Source: Seison nebaliae (Eukaryota). From it: DNA of 64,000 nt. The first letter of the stretch is position 1. Each line of letters opens with the position of its first letter. Of the stretch, positions 39,601 to 51,900 are shown piece after piece. The stretch is from NCBI GenBank assembly GCA_023231475.1, contig JALJEE010000060.1, positions 1 to 64,000 on the forward strand, read 5' to 3'. The translations under genes were made by a program, and so were the position numbers. The notes under the pieces were generated by a model. It worked only from the letters and a program-made list of their open reading frames with translations. It made no database searches and was not told the DNA's origin.

Positions 39601-42600
39601 GAAAGTGATGATTATTTGACATAAATGAATAAGTGAAGAGTTTCGCTCATCAAGTGGATAGTTTTAAGGAATCCTTTAATTTCTTCCACGTTCTCCACTT
39701 ACAAATTACATCGTTATCGAATTATATAATTTGAATGAAAGAAAAATCAAAAAAAAAATTACGAGTATAAAAATGAAGTTTTTTACTGGGAAATATGTGT
39801 GAGAAAGTGGGAAAATTGATCGATCGATTAAAATTAAATGAGTAGATAAAATGAAAAATATTCGAATATTTTCATAAATGAGAATTTATCGATATACATG
39901 TTGAGTAAACGATGTGAATGGGAATGGTAGTGACATTTTAAGGAGAAGAATTTAATTTCATCCAAACAATGATACATTGGAAATGGTGTGATGCATATAT
40001 TATGAATGGAAATGGATGGGTAGGAGGTGGGATCGATATAGATAGAAATGGATCTATTTCCATATGTCACAATTGCATGTGCAAGAAAGTAAACAGAAAA
40101 AACTCGAATTCAATCTACTTTTTTTCCATTAGAACATGATAGTTTAGGAAGGAATCATTCATATGTAACATGTTTCCATTTTATTTGTGTTAAGGTTGGA
40201 AATTTACATAATTAATTAATCTCATGCAGGCAGAAGATATATGAATGTTAATTCATGGTCACCATATCATACCTTCCATCCATATATAATCCAATCATGC
40301 ATATTCAAACGACTACGCTCAACATTTCTTATAAGCTTATTTCGATGACTGAAGATGATGTTGTTGTTATATTGGGAGGAATTAGATGATTAGATATTTA
40401 GTAGATCAAATGAAATTGACAGAATGATGGTAATGTCTTAGTTTGGAAGGAGAATTTCTTCTTCAAATCTACTAATGCTTTTCCATTTAATGATTATTAA
40501 ATGGAATAAACTGAAAAGAATTTGTTCGATATATTTCGTAGAATGTGTAAATGTGAATAGATCAATTAATTTGAATAAATATCAAACGATGCACGAAAAG
40601 TGCACAATGAATTGATTAGAAATAAATCACATAACTGGAACAAGGGAAAGGAGTAAATGTTGAAGATAATGAAGTACTGGGAAGGATGTGGTGAGAGAAA
40701 AGATGAGAGTTCCCAAACAAATCTTGGACAAATGGATGAGAATTAATTAAAAAAATTATTCTTATGTTTCTTCTAAACATAACTAAAATTTACGAGAATG
40801 ACAACATGATATTGATCAGTTCTAACGGAGCGTATCATGAGCTTGGAAAGCTGGACGAATTGGGAAGTGTTTTTTTGATTGGAGGGTGGATGTAAATTGG
40901 AGAATATTTTGGAGGAAGGAGAATTTGAAGGAAAAGTGGAATGAAAAAAAGGAAACTCATCTGCAGATGGATGGAAGTACTTACAACGAATATGATGTAA
41001 TGGGAATCACTTGGCAGAATTAACATAAATGTGAAGATATTTCTATAGATTTAGTAGATGTAGTCATTAGATGCATAAATGGATTGACGAGATATATAGA
41101 TAGCTTATGAGTACACATATCCATCTAGGAAGATATCACATTATTGTTCTCAAATGAGTAATTGAAGGAAAAGGATGCACAATTATTTATAACTTACTTT
41201 AATTCTATTAGTCTATCCAATTCTTCGAAGTCATCGTTCTCGTTTAATGTCGATATTTCCTATCTATCTATCTATCTATCTATCCGTCACATTGCCGATG
41301 AATGAATGGCTCTTTTTTTCGAGGATGACTTCCATAATACTAAACGATTGAATAACGAGTGAATTGTGCATGAGCGGGAAAGGAAGGAAGGAGAGGAATA
41401 CATGTATCATTTTCTACATCAATGACTCGATTGGATAGCTAGCTAGCTAGCTAGTTACATAATTATTTATTGTACTACATCACACTAAGTCCTCTCGTCA
41501 TCACATTCATTGAGGATTGAGTAAAAATATTCAGATATATTTCTGTCTATGTGAGTCGATATATGTAAATCAATATACCAGATGAAATCATAAGGAATGG
41601 AAGTGATGTAAAATGTAAAGAAAACTATCAATATAAAAATGGAATTGGAATATGACGCAGGAAGACACGGCCAACATTCATATGACTCGTGATACAGTGA
41701 CAGAAGAACATCGTTCCAAATAAGAGTGTTGGAAAGTCCATGGAATAATTAGGGGAATAATAAAGAAATAATGATGAAAGATAACTTAATAACTCCATAT
41801 GTCAATCAATGCTTGAAAATAATGGAAGTAAATGAGAAAAGAACGAGAGTGAATATTTCGCTTCCTAAAGAAAATGTATCTGGAATAATTGATTATGAAT
41901 ATGACGTCGTCAATGTGGGAGACATGCGAAAAATAGATAGGACGATATTCTCCTCGACAAATTCAACGATGAAAACTACAAATAATCAAATTATACACAC
42001 CATCAAATGCTCTCCGTTCAACATTTCCATTTTACTGTTACTGTTCGAACGATTGCACTTCATCTTCTTCATTTCATCACATAACTGTATAGTCGACTGT
42101 TTTTGTTGTTCTTCTTCATCTAATTCCTTTACTTCTTCTTCGTCCTTTTCTGTTTGTTCTTTCTCATTGACATCAATCCCTTTGCCAATATGATAATTTT
42201 CGTCGATTGATGTCTGAGCAGGAGACAAATCGAGAAGAAAATGAATTGAGATTAATTTAATTATTTCTTCAATTCCTTTAAATCAATTAACTAACATTTG
42301 TTGATGGAATGTATTTCAAAAGAACATCTCGAAATACGCCCACATCAATCAAATGTCCGCTCATCTGATCGTCACAAATCTCTTCTTGTTCTACATTTCG
42401 TTTCCTCCAAATCTTATCGAGAATCTTCAAAGATAATTTGAAAAAAAAATATAAAAAATTTTAAATTAACTAAAAGAATTTTTTGAGTTGTCGAATCATT
42501 GTAGATCTTATCTAAATAATTCAATCGTTCCTCCACGATCTGTTCATGACGTCCATCTCTCGATTGAATTGGTGGCAATGCCAAATCCGTCATCAATTCC

Positions 42601-43979
42601 CCAAATTCCATGCTACGTAGAATGGTCTTCATATCTGAAATTATTTAAATTATTCAAATTATATGGAAAACATGAGAAAATGAACATTTGCATAAAATAA
42701 TTTTACATTTAGTTGGAAGGAATTCATATTTGGCAGTACTGCGTACCGTTTCTTCCATGTCCCATTCGTCGCTTTTGAATTCATCCGAATTGACCGATGT
42801 CGATTCATTGACATTTGATTCATTTGAAATTTTCTCATTTGAATTCCAATTTGAATTATTTAATCGCTCCTCTACATTGATTAGTGGAAGTGAATGAAGG
42901 AAGAAATTGGTGGTGGAAATTGTAATGACATTATGTAATCGTAATCGTCTCTGATTAAATTTTTTCATATTTCCAATACATCGATGGAGATGTCGATTAT
43001 TTCCATGTCGATTCTTATCACGAATCCACGGATGTTTCAATGCCGTTTCAGCACTAATTCTCTCACTTGGATTATGAGTCAACATTCGTTGAAGGAGATT
43101 TTTAGCACTAGTCGACACAGTCAACCAAATTCGTTCACTCAAATCCACATTCATCGACGGTAACAAAAGATCTCTTAGAGAGATTGTAGAAAATGAACAT
43201 CGTTTACCAGACAACATCGAATACAATAAACAACCAGCAGACCAGATATCTGACGCACAATTATAACCGTTATAACGGTGCAATTCCACAATTTCTGGTG
43301 CCAATAATTGGAAATCAGTTGGTGGCATTGCTGGTGTTAGAGCCACACGAATATGTTTCTGAGCGAATTCGTTCGGTAAAATGACACGAGCATTCTCCAA
43401 TTCTGTTACTTTAATTGTAGGCATCATATTTCCTTCACTTCCATGTCTCATCAGACTTTCCATCGTTGCCACTTTAATCGATCTCGGTTTCAAATCACAA
43501 TGACAGATATGTTTAGAAGCCAAATAAGCGAAAGCGTTCAATATCTGTTGCATATAATAACTGGCGACTTGTTCCGAATAAACGAAAGCCGCTTCTGATC
43601 GTTGTTGAATTTCCATAAATAAATCATAATCTGGTAAATATTCCATGACGGCAAATGATAAATATACCGTATCATCAATTATCACGTCATCAACAAAAGC
43701 GTTGAGATGTTGGAGAATGTGGGGATGTTTACAGGGTAGAAGTAATTGTGATAAATCGACATATCCTAAAAAATTTCAATTTTTATTTTTATATTCAAAA
43801 ATTTAACTGTCATTTAAACGACCTGATAATTTGGAGAATCGTAAATAGATTTGTACGGAACGTCCATCTTTGGTCGATCCTTTCCATTTGCTAATGTTGT
43901 TGAAGTAGCCTCGATTCAATATGTAATTTATTCGATATTCATCGTCCAAATGTTTCACATTTTTCTTCTTTTCTTCCAT
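30426..43979 (-). CDS. CASK: CASK/LIN-2 MAGUK: CaMK-like pseudokinase, 2 L27, PDZ, SH3, guanylate kinase; about 9 exons, large intron 32667-42000
   Basis: KHPHI, EIQQRSEAAFVYSEQVASYYMQQIL (CASK signature), L27 NGEHLM|ALLECY, PDZ NEPLGITL..LHVGDEIHEING, SH3 GDIFQIISKDDSSFWQA, GK AYPISH|TSRLPK..EFLEYG, C-terminal QWIPVSWVY. Confidence 0.93.
33888..37295 (-). CDS. 1135-codon low-complexity (polyQ/S/H) ORF inside the large CASK intron on the same strand; alternative CASK exon or nested gene
   Basis: 3.4 kb stop-free frame starting with ATG, with the same CAA-repeat style as liprin. No recognisable domain. Confidence 0.7.
41260..41453. repeat. Short tetranucleotide microsatellites (CTAT)n and (GCTA)n in the CASK intron
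   Basis: ctatctatctatctatctatctatc at about 41260-41284 and tagctagctagctagctag at about 41436-41454. Confidence 0.8.
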
Positions 43980-44355
43980 TTTATTTTTCGATCGATTCCG
44001 AACAATAACAATTTTTATTATTCTTCTGGTAATTCGTCTTATATAATTTTTATCTGATAGGAATAAAACTGAAATAAATTACCCTTTTATTCAACAGCTC
44101 AAAATTCTAAATTCATCTAACTTTTAAATTAATCTAACAAAATTAAAAACTTATTTTTCTTCAACACAACTTACTCTTCATTCTCGATACAATTCGCAAT
44201 CAATTAAATTATGATATACAATTTAAATTTTCAAATAAAATTTTATTGAGTAAATTAAAATTTTTTTTTGGGTGTTTTCAAATTCTTTTTTCATTACTAT
44301 AATTTACGAGGATTATTATTGAAATAATAAATATTTATTTATAAATTAATAAAAT

Positions 44356-47300
44356 TCAAATAATTTTTTCAATGATCTTCTCTAGTTCATTCAAATTCTT
44401 CTCACTTCTAATCAATCGAACAAACAATTGAATCTGTTAATGAAACAATAAATTGGACGAATTCTGCAAATAAAGAAAACTTTGTCATATTTCTTATTTT
44501 GTTTAAAATACCATTTGTCACACAATGCAAATATTTGAGTAAATAATTCATTTGTTGTTAGACTTTGGTCCGTTTGAAGGATATGAATACGAAGAGCTTT
44601 CCCCACTTTCTCCCACAGCTCTTCTGTTAACAGAATTGAATTGAACGAAAATAATTTCTGTATGAAAATATCAAATTTTTCCTTTTCTTCTGAAATATAA
44701 TTCGATTTAATAATTTTTTCACAATCATTCTTCTGATTATTTTTCGTTATATGATTATTGACAGATGTTGATTGTGATAGATTTGTGTCATTAATTATCG
44801 ATCGTTTAATTAATAGTCGTAAACAACCATGATTAATGATATTATTTTGGACTTTTGATAATTCATAAAATTTTTTATATTTTTCATTATTTAATTTCGA
44901 TGTGAATTGGATACTACCTCCATAAAAGACGGTATCATTTGTTGAATTTAAATTATCAATATTCATCGCAAATAATTTTAATGACAATTTATTCTTCCGA
45001 AATACGAACACTTTCTTATCGTCATTCATTTCTCTCAATTCCAATTTGATGTTTCCGATACATTCCATTTTCAATTGATCACCTTCATGACAGATGAATG
45101 TCAAAGAATCTTTTTCATCCATCGAAGAATAAATAAATCCATATTGTGACATCTTGTCCAATAAACTATATTGATACCGTTTTAAACTAATACCAATCGC
45201 CACATTCGTCTTATGGAGGAAATGATGTCGTACAATTATCGATGCAATCTGTCAGAAATTATTTAATGGAAAATTTATTAAATGAAATTTAAATTTATAG
45301 AAATAAAATATACATAAAAATTACAAGAAAGAAGAAATTTGTTTGATAGTTCTGGTAGATATTGATCGTCCATTGGTAGTCTCTCTAATACCAGAACCAT
45401 CAACTGTTCAATTGGAGTGGATGTAGCGAATTTCACGATAAGTTTGTCTTCATCAAAACTTAAGTTTTTATACTACTCATAAAAGTGATAAAGATTAAAA
45501 ATTTGAATATATTCATATTTAAAAAATTAAATGAAAAAAAACTTCGGATTTTTGAAGAATTCTCCAATTACTTAAAATTATTCGATTGAATGATTTATTC
45601 TCGTCATTCGATTTCTTTTCCAGATTATTCTCATCAATTTTTATTATCTTTCTCAACAACTCATTTTCTTTCAGAAATTTATTTGAATTATTCGGAGTAT
45701 ATTCCTCTTGGATTGTCGTTCGAACCATAATGAAAAGACAATTGTAATCGGTTGATGGTAAGATGAATGTGGATTTAAATCTTTCGATCGGTCGCAATGA
45801 TTCCAACCATTCGTCAACATCATCCGTTTCCTCCAAAGTGTTCGTTGACGATGGATTATGAATGAAATATTCAGGTTTATTTCTCAAATGAGCTATCGAT
45901 GTCAATTGTGGTGAATGGAGACGTAACTTTCGAATTTCTTTCTTTTCCATTTTATATGATTTCCATAACTTATCATCCATTTCCTCCTTCTCAAATATAC
46001 TCTTGTTCTTTAACCATACTTGAATATCCTTCTCCCTCAAATGTTCCATCTTACTTCGAATGTTACTGACGTCCAAACGTCGATATTTTTGTTTAGAATT
46101 CGAATCTTGTAAAACTTTCGTATATAATCGTAAATATTGTTTAAACGACTCCAAATCTCCCCGATAACTTTGTACTTGTTTCATAATTTGAGATTGAGTT
46201 TGCAATTGGCTCTGCAACTTCTCTTGAATACATTCAGTGATGTCACTCAACGAATTATTCCCCTCAACATGATCTTTCAGAAAGTTTTCGATATTATTTT
46301 TCGTATTATACAGAATCAATTCTTGGAAATCTAAGAGCGTATGAATTCCTTTCAGATTCTTTAAATTGTACAAATCGATTTTAAATTCAACGAAATTCAT
46401 TTCGACAATTTTATTTTTTAAATTTCTTTTCTTCGGAAACGGTTGTTTAATATTGAAAATATTGGAGAAATATTTGACATTATCAAACATCGGAACATTC
46501 TCGTTTGACAACAAATCATCTAACACCTCCAACGATAATGGAAAGACCTAAAAAACAATTTTATATTTTATTAATATATATCATTCTTCAATTAACTTCA
46601 ATTGATAATTTCATCGTTTTCTTCTCATTATTCTTCTGCATCAACGAACGTTGTTTGATGGAGAGGAGTTGTGGAATCTGGAAATGTTGTGATTCGTTTT
46701 TAAAAATAAAATGATATTGAATATTCCTTCCCACGATACAATAGAATGTATTCATTTTTGGTATTCTAAATTTCGCACATTTCCTCGATTTTCGATGATT
46801 CCATTTAGTCTCCACAATTCTTATGGGGAGATCATACCATTCATTTTTGTTTTGATCGAGAAATCGTCCCACTAACATTTCGTTCGATTTCTTAATAAAC
46901 CAATTCGTATCATACGTCGTATCATTTTGAACGATATCGATTGGAATGACGATTTCTAAATATTCATTCTCTTTCTTTGAAAAAGAAACGATGAAAATTC
47001 AGTTCAATTTCAAATAATGAAAAAAATATTTTTAAAATTTAAAATTTCTTTTTTTAATTATCTAAATCATTTTTATTAAGGAAATTCAACTAGATATATT
47101 TACGACTTGACTAAAATATAGTTGGATAACGAACTTGTTCAATCAAATTATTCAAATTTTCTTCGTTGAAAAATGAAGAATTTTCTTTCGTAATTGGAAT
47201 CTTCGATTGGATTATATCTTTGTTATTACGTATCGATGTTATTAATTCAGTTACGATTCCGAAGAAACTTAAACGACGTTCATTCTTTTTCGAGAGATTC

Positions 47301-48678
47301 TCATCTTTCATTTTACATAAAAATATGAGAGATGATTTGAACCATTCATTAGGTCGAAGAATTGTGGAAAATAATTCGGGATATTTCTTCCCAAAAATAC
47401 TAAAATTCTGTCGATCGTCCACGCTGTTCATTTGATATCGATAAGATTTATTGATTAGATTTGGTAAATTAATAACATCATCTAAAATTGGGAAAATTGT
47501 TGATAGATGAGTTAACGATACATCGACACAATGATATTGGTAGTTCTGTGTGAAGATTGTCCTTTTTACCGTTTCCCGGAAATTTGATTGTGATTTGACT
47601 GTCGAATGAATTTTCTTCTTTTGGCAGAATGGAACACATAAGAAATTGTTGTCACAAACAAGAGAATCATCATCTTGTATGGGAACCGGTTTCTCCTTAT
47701 TTCCGTTTTCTTCGATATTGATGGTTGGCAAGTCGGATTTGAAAAGGAGCGAACATAAAACTTTTTTCGAATTCAATTGATTCTGATCAAATATGACATT
47801 GGTGGGAGTGGTTTGTGAGAATTCTTTTTCGAATATATCCAACAATCTCAGATTGATATAAAATGCCGTTTCGATGATATTCGTCTGATAATAAAATCTG
47901 AAAAAAAATTTTTTATTAAATTTAAAAAATGTTTAAGAAAAATAAACAATTTCTCTTCCATATCTTCCGATTTCTCCCTCGGATGTTTACCACAATTCTT
48001 TATACGTCCCATCTTTTTTCCATGTTTCTCATTGTAACTCAAACTGGATTCGATTAATTTAGAAATTTTCGAATCCTCATCCATCTTCTGTTGACTGTAC
48101 AACTCACTCAAATAATTCAATCGTTTCAATGACATTTCATGTTTCGATAAGAAATGATTCAAATTATTCACAGATAAATTATATTTTAATAATTTCTGTC
48201 GACTTTCCTCATTTTTCAAACTTAATTCATTCAATTTCTCTTCGATCGTCAATTGTTTCTGTTTAGTCATTAATTCCACGTCTTTTAAAAAATATCAAAA
48301 TTTAAATATATTGAAAATTAAAAGTGAAAAAGGAGAACTTGATAATTGTCGATATTGGGAAATTGTAAAATTATTTAAGTTGTCTAACAAATTCGAATCA
48401 ATCGTTCCTACCATCTCATTATCGATCGATCCTAATAACATGGCAACATGTTGAGTTTTAGTCTGTAACGACGTGGTGAATTCACTGAGAATGGCAAACA
48501 ATTTATTCACATCATTTAGTAGTTTATTATATTTCTCACAATTCCAATTCTCTCGATTACTATTCAAAGTATTTTCTGCTTTCGATATTTTTATATGATC
48601 CAATTCGTCCGATAATTTTACTAGAATTCCATTAAATTTTACTTCAATTTGTTTCGTCAAATTTTTATTATCATCCAT
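44356..48678 (-). CDS. Hypothetical multi-exon protein (about 8 exons) with N-terminal coiled coils and a possible C-terminal death domain
   Basis: ORFs 48295-48753, 47848-48279, 47111-47845, 46588-46878, 45519-46532 and 44412-45203 join in frame through short GT..AG introns. C-terminus reads LWEKVGKALRI..FTQIFALCDKWY..|IQLFVRLIRSEKNLNELEKII. Confidence 0.65.
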
Positions 48679-48961
48679 TTCTAAAGAAATTTTATTTCTC
48701 AAAAAATTCTCCAATAAAAACTTTATAATCAAAAAATTCTCATTTATCATCACTTATACTTAATACAATTTATATACTATCATAATAGTAAACAAAATTT
48801 TCTTGTAAATATTTTTCTGACAAAAAAATTTTCAAAACAGACAAATCTCAAGAGATTTTTAAGAATAAAATTACATAAAGCAAATGTGTTAAAGTTAAAA
48901 TTTTATTATATTTTCAAATAATTCGTTCGTTATTAGAGAATTGATTTGTTGTGAATAATTT

Positions 48962-51900
48962 CTAGTCGATCGATTCTATACCAGCACGACATATCGGACA
49001 TGTCGTTGATCCATTCTTGACGAACCATTCTGCCTAAAATATTCATAGAAATTCAAATTAAAATATTTAATCTTTTTTTTTTAAATTAATTACTAACGAC
49101 ACATTCGCTATGTTGTCGATTTTTACATTGTTCACATTGGAAGATCTTTCGAGAACTAATCGTATCGATAACTTCATAACAAATGACACAATTTTCAAAT
49201 TGGAATAAAGTGCCATTGATGGTTTGTTTGATACGATTGACAGTGTCTTCCAATGAATTATTCTCTAGAATAATTCTTTCGATCATATTCCTGATTCCAA
49301 TTTTCCATTTTTTACGATAATCTGTCGTGAATTTTTCGATAATTAATGGCTCTATAAAAACGATAAGAAAAACGATAAATTATTTGGAAATTTGAAAAAT
49401 TATTTAACGATATGGATAATCGAGAGTGGCGGCTAAATCCATTTCGAGATATTTGATGTCGTTGGAAATGTAAACCAGTTCAATTCTCAACGAATCGCCC
49501 AAAATCAAATTGACTTTCATTTGAGCTTCGCCCTCGTTCAATTTCTTCCTAAGATTTGGTAATTTCATTTGAAATTCTCGGAAAATATTAATTCGACATT
49601 TCTTCGTTTGAGATCGAATATATTTATGAACTTGATTATGTGACGTTTTAAAATTCACTAAACATTTCGGCAAATAAACAACGAAATGATTGAACGCCAC
49701 ATCGTATTGTTTGAGACAGATGAATGTGCACAATTTCTCCATTGACGATGATGGAGATTGAGTTGTTTTGAATAAATGTTCGAAATCGAAATCTTTTTGT
49801 ATTTTCCGATTATGATTTGTTGGGAATAGACTGTGAAATTGATAATAATTAACAAGAAAATATTTCATGAATTGTTCGTTGAAAACGTTTAATCGATAAA
49901 ACTGATTTCTTTCCGTTGAAGTGAGATTATTAACAATTCCATTCTGTTTTTGACACAACAATGAAATATTGGAACAAATGATACATTGTTTGAAAATTTG
50001 AGAAAATTTCAAATTTTCTTCCGCATCTTCTATGGAAGAATATGAAAAAAATAGAAGAGATGTTGCGAACACTTCGTCGAATTTGAGAAGAATTCTCAAT
50101 TCTTCTTTCATTTCTTTATCCGACAAATCTTTCTTCAACAATTCCACAATCGATCTTATAACTGAATCGATAGATGATTCCAAAAACATCTTCTTTATCT
50201 CATGTGTCAATTGAATGATCAAATGGAAATTTAGTGAATCGAATTCATCATATTTCTCACCGAAATCCAACCAAATTCCTTCCACTTCACTCCACGTTAT
50301 TTGTGACAAATTCTTCTTTTCTTCCATTAAAAATTCCTCTAAATCCACTAATGTGGTAGCGTTTAATAATTCTCTCATCGTTCCATTAATGAGTGGTAAT
50401 AAATTATTGATTAAGACTACTAAATGGTTGGGAGGATATTCATCAATATAGTTTGTCGTTTCCAACTGAATTATTTTTGAAAATTTATAAAAGAATTTTA
50501 CGAGAAAACTATAAATTTCATGAATGAAATTCTTTCTTGTTACTTCTGACAACTTCTCCAACTCATCTTGATTAACTCCACGAATTGAATGAATTAAAAG
50601 TTCGAAAAAATATTGGAAAACTCCCATCAAATAATATCGTGATGATGGTAATGAAATGTTGTTATGTAAATTATCCAAGATACTTTCCCCATTCATAATA
50701 ATGAAATTGAGGAAGAATATTTGTTGTTTTCGTTCATCAACTAAATTAATTTGTTTAAAATTCATGTGCCATTTGAACATGTGAGGGAAGTGATTGAATT
50801 GATTTCTATAAATTATCGAATTCGATTTCTCTAAATAATCCACGAGAGTTGAGAGGAAATCTTCTTTTAATTCCAATGAAATATCGATGATTTTAACTTC
50901 ATTCTCTTCCACATTCTCATAATTCTTCCCGAAATCTAAACGTAAAAATTTCTTGATTCCATCAAAATGTTCTTCATTGAAATTATTCAAATTTTCAATT
51001 TTCTCCCAACAACTTTCATAATCGAATATCGTCAATCTTTTCAAATAATAAATCGGAATTAAAAGTATTCTCTTATAGAGATAAGTCAATTCCTTCTTTT
51101 TCTCCATCATTAAATTAATATAATCGATCCATCCGAATAATTTGATCGGTTGACGTTTGAAAAAATTTAAAATTTGTCCACATAAACCTTTCGATTTCAA
51201 TCCCATTTTTACATCTGATAAAAAGAGATTGATTAATTCCATCGATTTCTCATCGTTATCAGATGAAGAAATGACGAATAATTGAAGGAAAAAAAATGTC
51301 AATTTATCATAAAGAATTCCGTTCATCATTCTCCAATTATCCGAAGTGAATTCAAAGAAATCATCTTTCAAATAATGAGCAATTAATTGTAATTGAATTA
51401 AATTGATTATTTGATATTTGTCAAATAATTGTCGAATATTATCATCCTTCAAATTCAATTTATATCGATGATCAATCATATGACGACTTTCCTCAATATT
51501 CAAATCATAATGGAATTCATAATCGTTCAAAACACCATTCTTCAACGATGAGAACGGAAGATTATTGAGTGTTGAATTATTCTCTAATAATTGATCGATT
51601 TGACGAAGATAAAATCGTTTCGATGATTTCATATGATAATTTTCTGATTTCCAATAATTTATCAATTTCTCCAGAAATTCCCAAGTACAATCCGAGTAGA
51701 ATATAAGTCCACTAAAGAATGGTATAATGTCAATACGAATAAATGTTTCGAGAACTTCATTCCAAATATTCAATAATTTCTTATCTTCTTTGACATATTG
51801 ATAAATAAATAATCCGATCGATTCATTCGATTCTGATAATTTCTTGTCGTTTCTTATTAAATTCTCACAATTTTCATCTTTTAAACTCTCTAAATAAACT

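Noticed and set aside
41771..42193. Plus-strand 140 aa ORF
   Set aside because: Its second half is antisense to a CASK L27 exon, and it has no recognisable motif or other support.
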